This document shows, piece by piece, positions 1-13,300 of a stretch of 64,000 nucleotides of DNA. The position numbers and the translations under genes were made by a program. Numbering within the stretch: the stretch's first letter is position 1; the number at the start of each line of letters is the position of its first letter. Origin of the DNA: Sminthopsis crassicaudata (taxonomy: Eukaryota); contig NC_133621.1 of assembly GCF_048593235.1 (NCBI RefSeq), positions 152,979,341 through 153,043,340 of the forward strand, given 5' to 3'. Under the pieces are notes generated by a model. The model was not told the origin of the DNA and did no database searches. It saw nothing but the letters and a program-made list of their open reading frames with translations.

Positions 1-269
1 TGAAGAACACTAAGTGACCAGTTATATAGAAATTCATATTCACGGAGATGACCTGAATGGATACTTCTTATTCGTGGGTATTTACATTAATATGCAACAT
101 AGCATATAAAAGGGGAGCAATCAAGCTTTTCTTTAAACATTTATGAATGTTACACTACTATTCAACTGAACAAACAATGGAGTTTATTTATGATATAGAT
201 AAACTTCATTATCCCCCAATCTGTCCTGAATATCTGCTTAATTTCCCCAAGTCTCTCAATTCACCCTAG

Positions 270-301
270 GCAGCAGCTGGCATTCAATTAATGTGAACAT
301 G
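270..301 (+). other. Candidate 32-nt exon ending ATG|gtaagg
   Basis: Acceptor tctctcaattcaccctag|G and donor ATG|gtaagg; one open frame (SSWHSINVNM). No homology recognised. Confidence 0.15.
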
Positions 302-344
302 GTAAGGTTTTATTTGTTAGTTGAGCTGCTGTAGTTCCCCTTTG

Positions 345-346
<2 letters not shown>

Positions 347-373
<27 letters not shown>
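347..373. repeat. Poly-T tract (T27)
   Basis: Direct reading. Confidence 0.95.
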
Positions 374-375
<2 letters not shown>

Positions 376-1240
376 TGGTTAGGTAAGCTGTGAGCTTAGC
401 TCCTTGAATCAAAAATAGACCAGGATGGAAATATGTAGTAGAAAAAAAAAATAAATTCTGAAATATGCTTTCATTCATAATTTGCTATTGAAATTAATTT
501 GTTTTGTAATATAAAAAACTAACAAACTAGCAAATGTCTTTATTACATTATTTTCAAAATGTTTTTCCTAAAAATTAACTACTCTAATCATGTTGAACCA
601 TGAAAATAAAATTTAATTTCTTCTTGACTGTTTCTTTTGACTTCATGTTATACACAATGAGATATTCTGCTGCTAACAGATACTTCATCATATAAACATG
701 TGTGTATGTATGCCTAACATAATAGCTCATATTTTTACACTTAAATCTATTTTACAGTTTTCAAAGTGCTTTCCTTAAAACAACTTTGTGATATATAACT
801 AGTCCCAATGTTGTTCCAATATTAGAGTAACTGAGGGAAAAAAAAAAGGAGTTGGGAAAGTTTAATTGACTCATTCTGGCTCACACATGAAGCTTCCAAT
901 TGCAGAGCTGTAACTTTTACTCAAATATTCTAACTCTTAGTCAAATATACTTTTTTCATTTTTAGATTATTAATATGCTCCCCCCATTGTTTATTCCCTA
1001 TCCCATAGAATCTTCTCCTATAATGAAAACAAACAAATAAATAAATAAATCAGGTTAAACAAAATAAGCTAATAATGCCTTTTCCATTATCTCAGTGCCT
1101 CTCTCAGAGACTGACAATTTTATACATTCACAATCAATGCAAAGTACGAAAAATATATTTCAATTAATATTTTTCTTTACTGCATTAATTTTGAGAGCTA
1201 TAAATGCATTTAAAAACTATAACAATTAACTTTTTTTATA

Positions 1241-1480
1241 GGTAACTAGGTGACTTAATGGATAAAGGTATCATTGGACCTGCAGATAGGAAGGCCAGAT
1301 TTGAAATCCAGCCTCAAATATTTACTATCTTTGTGAGGTTAGGCAAATTACTTAACCTCTATTTCCTCATTTATAAAATGGGGATAATGGCACCTACCTT
1401 TCAGGACTGTTATGAGGAACAAATGAGAATAGTTGTAAAGCAGAAAAATACTGAGTACATTGTAGGTAAAATGCTATTTT
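1241..1480 (+). mobile_element. MIR-family CORE-SINE
   Basis: tRNA-like head (ggtaactaggtgacttaatggata), CORE (aggcaaattacttaacctctatttcctcatttataaaatgggga), MIR tail (gactgttatgaggaacaaatgaga). Confidence 0.85.
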
Positions 1481-2286
1481 TTAGTATTCCATGTAGAATA
1501 ATATGATAGCATTTGTATTTTAGCAAATCAAAGGGTACTAACATATATCTTTAGCTTTAAGAAGACGTGGGCTATTTGAATATCATTTTAATGTTGTACT
1601 CCACAAGTGTTATGTAATGTAGTCACTTTCTATTTTCATATATGTACATACAAACAAAAATATTAAAAAATTAGGATAGCAATATTATTTCTAACATGTG
1701 TAATGTCATGTACACATAACACATAATTTGTATAGAGTCAATTCTAATAGATAATTACATTATAAAGAAGCAGCTTTGGTAAAAATGATTATCATGATAA
1801 TTCCATGAAAAATGTATTATAATAACTTTTCTTGAGCTTGACATATCTAAACATTAATTCATGTTGAGGTTATCACAGCATAACTGAGATACAGTTAAAT
1901 TATCCAAATAAAATATGTTCAAATATTTCCTCTGTCTCTTTAAATTAAAATCTAACTCAATTTTTTTTGGAGGGATACCAAAATATGTGTGCAAAAATGG
2001 CAAATATAATTTGTGCAAAAAGAAAGCAGGATAGATAAAATGCTGGTTTGGGAGTGAGGAAAATCTGGATTTAAATTTATGACCCAAGACAAGGTACTTC
2101 TCAGTGCCTCAGAACTTATCAAGATATACCCAAATTACTAGAGGAATTTTCTATGATTGATGAGTTAGCTATACTGATGGCAGATAATAAATCCATAATT
2201 CATAGTGTATAAGTGAGCGAATGTTTGATCTGAAAAAATGGTTCTACACACAGAGTTCCCAATACTAGTGAAATCATAGGTTAATG

Positions 2287-2330
<44 letters not shown>
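2287..2330. repeat. (GATA)11 microsatellite
   Basis: Direct reading. Confidence 0.95.
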
Positions 2331-2332
<2 letters not shown>

Positions 2333-2414
2333 AAAAGATCATTAATAGGGGATATAGCTATACCTGTCTATAAATACATATACACATATGTAAGTGTCTA
2401 TATTTATATGCACA

Positions 2415-2418
<4 letters not shown>

Positions 2419-2450
<32 letters not shown>
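2419..2450. repeat. (GT)16 microsatellite
   Basis: Direct reading. Confidence 0.95.
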
Positions 2451-2459
<9 letters not shown>

Positions 2460-2551
2460 ACAATGTTTGAGACAATGTAGTTTCATGGATAAGAAATAAG
2501 TTATTTTGTGATGTGGAAATTCTTGGATATAGGTAGTATCCATGACAGAAT

Positions 2552-2575
2552 GATAGATAGATAGATAGATAGATA
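2552..2575. repeat. (GATA)6 microsatellite
   Basis: Direct reading. Confidence 0.9.
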
Positions 2576-4599
2576 CATAGATCACACTTTGCTTTACTAG
2601 TACTAGACTTAAGATTTTCTTGAGGTAAATTATAAATTCCTTTTTTAAAATTATAACTTTGTGGTGGGCAAAGTACCATATAATGTTGATTTTACTTTCA
2701 TATTGTGAGTTTCCTTGAAGGAAAATTAGATAACAGCTCCTTCAAAGATTGTTCTGTAATCTTTCTATGTAATTATGGTTTTATTTGCTATTTTTGCTTC
2801 TTTTATATGATTGAAGTCTTATCCAGCATGATTTTTAAAACTGTACTATTCTTGCTTTTGAAAAATAATTTGGGAAAACTTAGGCAATGGACTTTTGTGT
2901 AGCTACTCATTTTCTTTTCTACTTCAATGTCATGATATATGACAAAGGATACACTGTTTTTATTGTTTGTGGGGGTTTTGTTTGTTTCTAGAATTTAAAA
3001 GCCACCTAGTCTAATCAATTGAATTTTAAATATATATTTTAAATTAACAGAGGAGTTGCTGGCAAATCAGAAGAGAGAGTTCCTTATGTTTTTGAAATAA
3101 AAGATTCTGAACATACACATCCTTCCACCTCCCCCCAAAACAAACAAAAACTATGTACTTAAGAGAAGAAAGATAATGAAGGGCAAAAGGGAAAAAAGTA
3201 AAAAACAGAATAGCCTTATAGTTGGCAAAATAGTTTGCTTCTGATATATACTGGAACTCTTTACCTTAGGGTTTAGAGCTAGGAAAAAACCTTAGAACTA
3301 AGGAGCTTCAGAACTACTGTTGGGTTCAATTCTCATTCAATAATGAAATAGAAATAATAATAATCACTGATTATTATTGAAAATAATCACTGATCTTTCA
3401 CTTGAATTGTATGATTCTTTTAGAATTTTTCCTTGATAGATTTGTCTTTTATACAACTAGATTTTGGCTTTTACTTAGATAGATAAAATGGTCTTTAAGT
3501 TATTTTCCTAAGTATGTATTTTTCTCTTTAGGTATAATTTTAATTAATATAACTTGAAGAAATCTGATCAGCTTATTTCTTCAGAAATATGAAATACTGC
3601 CCAAGCTCACACATTCAACTAATTAAACTCCCTCCAAAGTAAGGCTGGAGTTCATATCGTTCAAATTCATGAGTTAATGTCACCATTCAGAAAAAAAGAT
3701 TTTAAAAGATTCATAAAATCAGTTTTAAAACCTCAGATTTTCCTTAGATTGTATGTAGATTATATATTACGATAAACAATTAAATCAATGAGCTTATCAT
3801 TGTGTTGAAAACAAATTTCATTTTAGGTCTTCAGTTTATCCTTCCTTCTATACCATAAGCCTTTATACCCTCCATCACCAATTAGGCCACAAACTGAGGA
3901 CAAGACCTACAATTTTTGCATTCCTTCAGCTTTGCATCATGTCTTACAAATAGCTTTGGTCTGGATAGGTGATTTCAACTCACATATGGATCTCCTGGTG
4001 AAAATATTCCTTTACCAATAATGATAAGTAATTCCTTTACAAATTATATATTTTGCAACTAACTATTCAAAATTCCAGCAAAATATTTTTGGCTATTCAT
4101 ATCCACTTTACATTTTGTATACATATATTACTAAGCTGAAATGAATGCATTTCTCTCTCCTTAGCTCACTTAACTGAAATATCCCATTTAAGATAAATTC
4201 AATTCTACAAACATGAAATGCCTAGCATATTGAATGTGTTATGGTAGGTGCTGAAAATATGCATATGAACAAGGCATCATTTCTTCCTTTACAAGATTTT
4301 CAAATAAAGAGGATTATCTATATATACAGACACTGATACAATAACAAGTTGTCATATTTTAGAATAGTTGAAATATGAGACTCTTCTTCACCACAGAATT
4401 TTTGGGGAAAATACATAAAATATAAATCCAGTTTCAATAATAGCACCCAGAAATTTTATTTTTGAGTAAAGGAAGATGGAATTATGTCTTACAGTGGTAC
4501 AAAGACTACCTATGACAAAATGAACTTCAGGATTTGGATTTGTGGACAGTAGTAAAAGCTAGCATTTTATATAATGGTTTAAGATTTGCGAAATATTTT

Positions 4600-4800
4600 G
4601 GAAGTTATGCAATTTTATCCTCCCAATAACACCCAGGAGTAGGTGCTGATATTATCTTCAATTTGCAAATAAGGTAATTGAGGTAAATACAGAAGTGATT
4701 TGTCCCAGTGTCCAGAACTAGTAAGTATCAAAGGCAAAATTTGAACTTGGTGTTTCTTGGTTCCAGGTCTAGGGCTTTATTCTCTGTCACTTAAGTTGCT
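4600..4800 (-). mobile_element. MIR-family SINE, degenerate
   Basis: Antisense CORE pattern aattgagg...aagtgatttgtcccagtgtccagaactagtaagtatcaaaggcaaaatttgaac. Confidence 0.75.
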
Positions 4801-5113
4801 GCAGAAAGAGTTTCAGAATTAGCTTGTGTGTATTCACATCACAGTTTGGACATTTGCTACTTTTTTTTTAACTTTGCTTAAATCTCAACTTCCAGAATCT
4901 CAGTTTTCTCAGATGTGACTGAAATGAATGGATAAGGACAAGAAACAAAGAAATGACAAGGTTGAAACTGAGATGAGGATCTCAGGTCTTATAGCTCTGG
5001 ATCAATGGCTATGTAGTTCTAAATCTTCAAGACTATAGGGTTGAACTGATTTGTCAAACAGCACATGAGTGGGGTTCATATAAGAGTTGGATTCTGAATT
5101 CAGACATTCTTAC

Positions 5114-5152
5114 CCAAATCAAGTGTTCTTTTTGCTGCCTGCCTCATGGTGT
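5114..5152 (-). CDS. Candidate 39-nt phase 1-1 micro-exon, (D)TMRQAAKRTLDL
   Basis: Minus-strand acceptor ttgcttttcattttag|AC and donor TGG|gtaaga; length divisible by 3; only one open frame. Host gene not recognised. Confidence 0.3.
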
Positions 5153-5193
5153 CTAAAATGAAAAGCAATTTCCTCAATCTAGCTACCTCCATG

Positions 5194-5196
<3 letters not shown>

Positions 5197-5227
<31 letters not shown>

Positions 5228-5246
5228 CTCCCCACACACACACACA
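5197..5246. repeat. Interrupted (AC)n microsatellite, (AC)14 plus a short second run
   Basis: Direct reading. Confidence 0.9.
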
Positions 5247-6019
5247 TCCCACCACCAAAATGGGCATAATGTTCTGGGCATTTTCACCTTGTACAGGAAA
5301 GTGTGTATGTGGGCATTTATGAAAAAAGGCAGATCTTCTGCTCTTTAGTGAACTGCTCTCACTCCAGTCAGACATAAAATCAGCAATGTATGCTTCTTTT
5401 GTCTTCATTAACAAAGAGTTTACAGTTGCTATTCTGATCCTTGGCCAAATTAATCAGGAAGTATTTCTGAGTGTTTGCTTATTATCTAGAACTTTTCTAG
5501 GTTCTGATCAGAGGAGCAAAAATATCAGACATGGTCTTAAAAGAAGGAGACAAGATGGCTCCACAACACAATACACATTTTTTAGACACATACATTAATA
5601 TCACCTTTACAATACAGACAGACATACATATAACCATACTTCTTTCAGTTTTCCTAATTACTACAATTTGATTGTGAAGATGTGATTTTCTGCTCTAGTC
5701 AAGGGAAATTACAACCTCTCTGTGCAGATAAATTTTCTTTGAGAGTCGCTTTGATTTAAGAATTTGTTGTGATTAAAATGAGAGCTACCTATTCAAAAGC
5801 ACTGAGGCTGGTCCTCAGACAACAGATAAAAATCATAATTATAAGCCAGGCCCAAAAGAAATAGTGCAATAAAATTATCAACTTTTCATTGAACATATGT
5901 AACTAATTTAAAAAGAATGGACAAAAGATTTAGTTGTCTGCTAACTCAGCCACATTAATTGCATTATTTTTGATATACAAATATAGTTTTACAATCATTG
6001 GACATAGGATTTGATGCTT

Positions 6020-6220
6020 TGGGTTAGCCTTTTATAGGACAATAGCATCATAAAGGACCTAAAAGTGATTGAGTTCTTCATTTTCTCATATGAGAAGAAT
6101 TAAGGCTCAGAGGTTAAGTGACTTTCCCACCTTCAGACAGTTAAAGTTAAGTGTCTAATACAAGATTTGGAATTGGGTCTTCCTAATTTAAAGTCCAGTA
6201 CTCTATACCACAATGTTGTC
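6020..6220 (-). mobile_element. MIR-family SINE
   Basis: ggacctaaaagtgattgagttcttcattttctcatatgagaag...ggctcagaggttaagtgactttccca is antisense CORE. Confidence 0.75.
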
Positions 6221-7884
6221 TTGCATAGTGTAACCATACTTTGCACTGAATCATTCAAACTCTTCTTTACCAGTTCTCACATTTGACCAACTCCCTTCAC
6301 CCTCAGGGCAGCAGGCTGAGGTCAGTCATATATGAATGACCATGTGGACATTTTTGATTATATGAAACTTACTGAGATCTAATCTTCATCTATACCAGGT
6401 CCTTAAAAACTTACACAAGTGTATTATAACAACTTTCAAAAGTGAAATTTACGTGGGCTTTTATGAGCTTTTAAAGACATGAATAATAACTCTTCTTTCT
6501 TAAAACAGCAGATTTCGCTAAAGTGAATCTTTTATGAATTGCCAAGGCCAAGTCTACTGCAAGCATCTAAAGCTGGAATAGCATACCTTGACTTTTAAGC
6601 CTCAACTCTGAATAGCATAAGAGGATTTTGACTGATAATTGAGTCAAAACATCATATACACAACTCTATTATGCTTACTCTCAGTTTTCAAAAACTGGCC
6701 TTGGGCTTTGGAGAGCATCTTTTTACAAAATTCTCCCATTATTCAGTGAAGCCTGTCATCAGAACAAAGGAAAACCTAAATTCATCTTCACACAAAAGAA
6801 GCATCTTTCTTGTCTGCTAATTCCATGAAAACACACAGGTTTTATTTCTCTCCTTTGTTTATGACATGGAGAGAAACCTTGACAAGCTCTGAATTCAATT
6901 TTTTTTTTCTCTACAAGTTTAATCAATAAAACACTGCACTATTGCTCCCTTTTAAATAAAGCTGGCATATACTTTTGATGATTTATTCAGTGTATAGGGC
7001 CCACTATTCCGCTGAAGGCAATGTATAACTTTATTTGAAAAGCCTTAAAGCTATTTATAATCTCTGAACAAATGTCAGCAATGGTTCCCTAATGAAGAAG
7101 ATATGCTCTCAGCAAAGAGGAGAAAGCGAAGAAAGTACTTTAGTTACAGTTAATTTATAACATAAATGTGGCTTTGTTGAGATTCTAAGATTTTGACTAA
7201 CAGCTTTTTTTTTTGTAAAGTTAGTTTAATTTTAAAGAAATTCTTAGTTAAAATTATTGCCATTTTCAAATATCTAAACAAATAGGAGAACAATCTAATT
7301 TATAGGAAGTATGTTTTATTCTTTGGGTAACAAATACATTTTACAATAATGTAATTTAAATTATGATAAAATAAGATTCTATGTTTCCAAACCAAAGAAG
7401 CAGGACAAATCAAATTATTTTGTAAACAGGGCTGATAATCATTATTAATATTAACTAATAAAAAAGAATGAATAATCATAAATTTCAGTTTTATGGAGAT
7501 TGTAAATAATTGTGTAGTCATTGATCTACTTTCCAAATTCTTTAATCATTTCTCAATTAACAATTTAAATAAAAAAGTTTTAATATATTTTTCTATAAAA
7601 ATGCAAAGGTAAATTTAATCAAACTGATAATAAAAATGTTTTATAAATTACAGTTTTTGCTGTTAATATTACTATCACAGTTTCCCTCAACATTTTTGTT
7701 CCCTTGGCTCAGGGATTGGGAATCAGATGGAAGAATGTAAAGAGGAAAACAAGAAATACAAAGGAAATATTACATATTTTATGAATGAGTTGGTTTAAAA
7801 ATCTTTCTTGATTAGAAAATATAAAAGGGAGCAATTCACTTGAAATCACAGTTAAGCAATATTTTTATTTTTATTTTTCCCCTA

Positions 7885-8060
7885 GGACTGGAGACTTTTA
7901 AAGCCAGAAGAGAGCTCCTTAGAAATCATTTAGTTCAGTCCCCTCATTGAAAAACTTGAAAGTCAAAAAGATTGGATGGCCTATCCTAAGTCATAAAGGT
8001 TGTAGATAATAGAAAATAGATTCAGTTCCAGGTTATCGGATTCTAAATCTAGTTTCTTTC
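7885..8060 (-). mobile_element. MIR-family SINE
   Basis: ccttagaaatcatttagttcagtcccctcatt...ggcctatcctaagtcata antisense MIR pattern. Confidence 0.65.
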
Positions 8061-8379
8061 TCTGCTGATTAGATTCTAGGAAAAACTTTCATCACTTTTA
8101 TCTCAGCATGATGTTGATCAAAAGAAGACCATTGATGGTTGAGTTGCTTATAATACCTTGGACTTTTCTTGGCACAAAATATAAAAAAAATAACTATAGA
8201 AGATATTGACCATAATTAGATTGGATAATTTAATATTATTTTAGATGTAGGAAAATATTATCACATTTAATTCCTTCTTTCATTAATCACTCTTTTTTCC
8301 TCTTATTAGAAGGCCTCAAAGTAGAATACCAAAGTCTTACTTTATAGAAAGCAGAAATTGAACTTCCAGATCACTTTAC

Positions 8380-8580
8380 TTTGTTATACCAGGTACCACT
8401 GCTATACCCATCCCCTTGGTGCCCACCACACTTTCCAGCTTCCTTCTGTGTGTTGTCTTTCCCTATGAGATTCCCCTTAAAGAGAGAGATTGTTTTGCTT
8501 TTTTTCTTATTTTTATCCTCAATGCTTAGCACAATAAGGCACGTAGTAGGTGTTTAATACATTTTATTGAATTGAATAAA
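8380..8580 (+). mobile_element. L2 LINE 3' end
   Basis: tgtgttgtctttccc...tatcctcaatgcttagcacaataaggcacgtagtaggtgtttaatacattttattgaattgaat is a typical L2 terminus. Confidence 0.8.
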
Positions 8581-10429
8581 AGTAATAATTTATAAATTAT
8601 CAACTCAAATATTAATACAATATATATATTGATATTTTTTTTCTTTATCAAATATTCTCTGATATATGAATGCAATGGTCAGTGTAGTAATTCAAAAAAA
8701 GAAGAAATATTTGTGAAAGGAATTGTGAGGTCCTCAATTTGAATATATTTTGTTTTTTTAACACTATTTTCTAATGCAGAAATCTCAAATTGACATTTTT
8801 AATTCATGGAATATAAATTTTGGGGGCTCATAATGACTAGATGAACTTGTTGCAAGCCAGTTTATTTTTTCCATCTACCTTTTGTAATAAGGATCATTTT
8901 CTTATTAGGGTAGAAAAAATGACAATTAAAATAGGTGAATTTAAAATATGAACAAAGACATGTCTTATTTTGTTCAGTGCCACTAATCTCTAGAAAGGAA
9001 AATTTTAACAACAACAACAACAACAAAAAGAATCCACTGATCTAATTAAGAGTCCAGACAGTAAGAATCCACTTTAAGAACTGGAGTGTTCATAAATATT
9101 AAAATGAACAGACACTTTTCAGTGGATTTGACTAATGGAATCTAATCTAATCTCAATGTAAATGAAAGATTAATAAGGTATAGGGGGATAGACAGGCCAG
9201 ATCTAATCTATCTAATCGCATCTCAGGCAATAGAAATCCAACTCATACTGTGGATGGGGAGAACAGAATGCACCAGAGTACGTGAGAAAACTAATAATGA
9301 GATAAGCCTTATTCCTACAGTTAATTTAGCATAAATATTAAAAGGCTCTTGTCCTTGTCTATTCCCCAATACCTGTAAAACTGAGTTTTCTGGCCCTATT
9401 CCCTATTCCTTTAGCTTCCTGTAGAGTCACCACCTGGATAAAGCCTGTAACACAGCTGTCCTTAATGACACCTGCTGACCATGGAACAAGCAAGGAGTGA
9501 AATGAAAGAAAACCACTTCATGATCTAATAGGAGAAATCTCCTTCAAGAAGAAAAATCAGATTTAATATGGTAGTTTGTGTCTGTTAATAGAAAGATTTA
9601 AAGGTGTCAATAGGGGATTATTGGAATTTTGGGAGATTTTGAGATATAGCTGCTAGAAAATTCATATGTATAACAGAAGACTGGAAAACAGCTTAAAGTA
9701 ATTTATCCTCTAAAACTTTAACTTTTATTATGTCTAAAATTGGAAATTTTAAATCTTCTGGTTCTATAATTATCTATAATGCCATGCTTTAGAACCTTGT
9801 GGTTATATGCAATGACAAAGCAATGAAATATTTGGCTCTGAGAGTTCTAGCACTACTCATAGTTCTGAATCACTATTTTGAAACCAGACAAATAAATTCC
9901 TTGAGTCTCAAACATCTCTTTATAATATGAAAATTATAAGATACTAAGATAAATTGAAATAATGTTTAAATGATTATTAAATACCACTAAAAATTTAGGG
10001 TATTTTATTTTCACTAACAAAAACAGATGACTTTTTCCATTCACTGAAATCACAAGAATTTGTCACTTTTGTGTCTTATTAAATAAATTCCTAAAGAAAT
10101 GAAGGTCTATACTATTTATTTACTATGTATGACATAATAAATAATAGTATGGTATCCTTATCCTTCACTTGTCTTCTATGATGTTAAGACTAATTTTAAC
10201 CTTTTAATCAGAGAAAAAATATGGAGGAAATATCTGGGTCTTTTTGTTGAAATGGAGTCTAGATGGAATTGAGGATATCAAAAAACATAATATTGATATC
10301 TCTCCAACTTCAAACTGAGCCTTTAGGGAAAAAAAAAGCAAATGGTTGAGATAGATTATTTAGTGAATATTTCTGCCCTTTTTAGATAGAAAGGGAAGCT
10401 AGTTACATAGTAAATCAAATGATGGTCTT

Positions 10430-10580
10430 GAAAACATGAGGATCCAAGTAGGAATCCTCACTCAAACACATCCTAGGATGATACCGCTCCCCACAACAAC
10501 CCAGACAGTTACTTAACCACTCGCACTCAGTTTCCTCAACTGTAAGATGGAGATAATAATAACACTGATTATGGGGATAA
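10430..10580 (+). mobile_element. MIR-family SINE fragment
   Basis: cagttacttaaccactcgcactcagtttcctcaactgtaagatggagataataat CORE. Confidence 0.7.
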
Positions 10581-11039
10581 TAACATTAATTTTATAGTAA
10601 AATAAAATGTCTACTTCAAGCTTCAACCCCCTAAAAGGATTTTGTGGTGACACAAAAGATATATATATATATATATATGTCTATATATGTATGTATATAT
10701 ATATATGTAATTCTTTGCAAACTTTAAAGTATTATTTATGTTAATTAGTAGTAATAGTAATAATTTTATTTATTCCATTGGATTATAATCACTTTGACAG
10801 CAGAGATGATGCCGGACACTGTTGGAAACCTCATAGAATATAGCATTCAGATGTGCATGAATAGGCGTTTAGCATACATACATAGAAATAAATAAACAAA
10901 TAAATGATATATGCACACAAACACACACACATGCACAGAGAAAGAAAGAGAGAGAGACAGAGACAGAGAAAGAAGTTAATCATCATAATCCACTATCATT
11001 CATTTAAGACTTAGAGAACTAGAAGAAATTTTGATAGAA

Positions 11040-11235
11040 GAGTGTAATAAAGTGGAAAAAGCAATGTAGTTAGTTACAGAATACCTGGATTTAAATCCTA
11101 ATCCCTAATTATTAGCTGTGTGTATGAAAATAAACAACTAATATTTTACTTCTTTTGGGCCTTTAATTTCCTCCTCTCGAAAACAAATACATTGAATCTG
11201 GTGATCTCCAGCATCATTTTAAGTTCTAAATCCCA
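11040..11235 (+). mobile_element. MIR-family SINE
   Basis: ctggatttaaatcct...ttagctgtgtg...ggcctttaatttcctc...aatctggtgatctccagcatcattttaagttctaaatccc. Confidence 0.65.
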
Positions 11236-12266
11236 TGATAATCTAATTTTATCTAGCTTGCTTTCTTTAGACATGTAAATATATAAGTTATTTAAAACAA
11301 CAAATGATCCATTTTTTGGATGATTCTTAGGGTGATGTTCTTTAGGAATAAAGATTTGGCATCCTCTTTTAGACAGCCAATTCCAGGATTAAACACCTTT
11401 TATTCACAAAGGATTTTCACATAACTTTTCAAATTTTCAAATAACTTTCTTTTAATGTAATCTCATTCCTTGGGACTATGACATTTTTATAGAACAATGG
11501 TTGTTGTTTTTTTGGGTTGGGGGACAGCAATGAGTTCTCACTTATTCAAATCCCATTTCATTTTTTTTATGAAGCTTTCAGAAATCACACAATTAGGCTG
11601 GAATTAAAATAAGACTTATTTCATGGGTCTTTTATACACACACATATCTTTTCTTGAAATCTTGGGGGAGAAGTCCAACTAAGAAACAGAGATTTAATCA
11701 GATGTGAGAAATCTATCTTTGCCTTAGTTCTGAGAATGCATTAAAGCACACTGAGATTGGAGGCCCCAAATACATCTGGCTTGGTGAATTAACAATGAAG
11801 GATCAAAATACATTGAAACCAACTAATTGGATTCAACAGAAGGAGGGGATAACAAGTCTCCTGGGGACTTGAGTGGTACTGTCAAAGAACTATATCCACT
11901 GACTAGTACTTAAGGGTGTACATCAACTAATTTTTAAATAGAGAATTGCCTGGTAATTTTAAAAAGCACGGATCAGGTGTTCTAGTGTTATACATATTAA
12001 TCTGTTTAAATCAAGAGCAGTTGCCACTTGCCCTAAGCACCTTGTGATCTTGGAGGGAAGGAAGTAAATAAATTTTCTCACAAGCATAGTAGACTTTGAT
12101 TTTAAAAAAAGTTTTAAGATAATAACATTTATCTCATTATTCAAAGTTGGGTTCCTCAGATTATTTTCTCAACACATTTCTGGAAAGGTCTATCATTGTG
12201 ACACAGAACAGATATGCAGCTATTTTAACTAATTTCCTTAGAATTTTAGTATTGTTCCAGAAAAGG

Positions 12267-12644
12267 TGTTGTTTTTCTTTGTTCTCAAAGAGGACCTATG
12301 ATATCAGAGATGTGTGATGGATTTAAGTGAGAGAGGGCTGTGCAAAGTCATCAGCCTCACTTTCTCTTCTTGAGCCATCTGGTTCCAGTAGAAAAATATA
12401 TAAATTAGGAAAACTGGCCCTGGATGCAGTGGGAGATGCTGGTCTTTTTAAACTAAAATTTTTCCTAGATCTAAGTTTAATAGAGGCAGTACTAAATCAG
12501 TGAATAAGAAATGAGACAGAGAATGGCTTCTATTACTTAGTGAAAAAAAAGCATCAATCTGGGAGGGGAAGAACCTCAGGCTTTCTGGTCAAAAAAGAAA
12601 GATATGTATTTACCTTCACTCTGAGCCAATCAGGGCCCAAAACA
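12267..12644 (-). mobile_element. WALLSI4-like RTE-tailed marsupial SINE
   Basis: ttgttctcaaagaggacc...gatttaagtgagagagggctgtgcaaagtcatcagcctcac...ggccctggatgca...cactctgagccaatcagggcccaaa matches my recalled consensus in antisense. Confidence 0.75.
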
Positions 12645-12739
12645 TAAAGATATTTTTAAAAATTAATGTGATTCTTAAGCTATAAATGAAGCTAATTCAC
12701 CAATGAATCAATCTATGTATATTTGTATTTCTGCTTCTA

Positions 12740-12900
12740 GAAGATCATATATTTTAGAAAAGGAAGGGGCCTTAAGTGGGTATCTTCAAGCCAGTTCCCT
12801 CATTTTACATGGAGCAAAACAAGGCTCAGAAAAGTGAAAAGATTTGCCCAAGATCATTCAAATGATAATGAAAGGTATGAGGTAAGATCGGATTCCAGAA
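12740..12900 (-). mobile_element. MIR-family SINE
   Basis: ggaaggggccttaag...ccctcattttacatggagcaaaacaaggctcagaaaagtgaaaagatttgcccaagatca. Confidence 0.75.
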
Positions 12901-13106
12901 TTTTGTTTGTCAAGGATTTAATCTGCTTGCTACAATAATTTAAAAACAGGAAATTTTAAAATGTGAATAGATTTTCTTTGGATTCTCTCCAAAATCAGTT
13001 TACATAAGACTCCAGCAATCTCAGATGAGGTCAAAACAAGCAAATATCAATAAACTTCCTCTTCCCCCCCTCCTCTTCTTCCTTCTCCTCTCTCTTATTT
13101 TTAAAA

Positions 13107-13300
13107 TAGGTGTTCTTAACTTAGGGCCCATGAACTTAAAATCTGTGTGCGTGCACGGATTTTATTTCATTGTAAATGGTCCCTTTTCTAATCTTTTGTA
13201 TTTTATTGTATGTTTTTAAAAAACATCATTCTGAGAAAGGGGCCATACATTCCCCCAGACATTGTGTGTCCATGACACACATAAAATATTAAAAGCCCCA
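13107..13300 (+). mobile_element. hAT/Charlie-type non-autonomous DNA transposon (MITE)
   Basis: Degenerate TIRs taggtgttcttaact...attaaaagcccca; internal aaaaacatcattctgagaaaggggccata and gtccatgacacac resemble the marsupial Charlie MITE I recall. Confidence 0.7.

Noticed and set aside
6371-6399. Minus-strand 29-nt exon-like unit
   Set aside because: Stops in all three frames and a poor acceptor.
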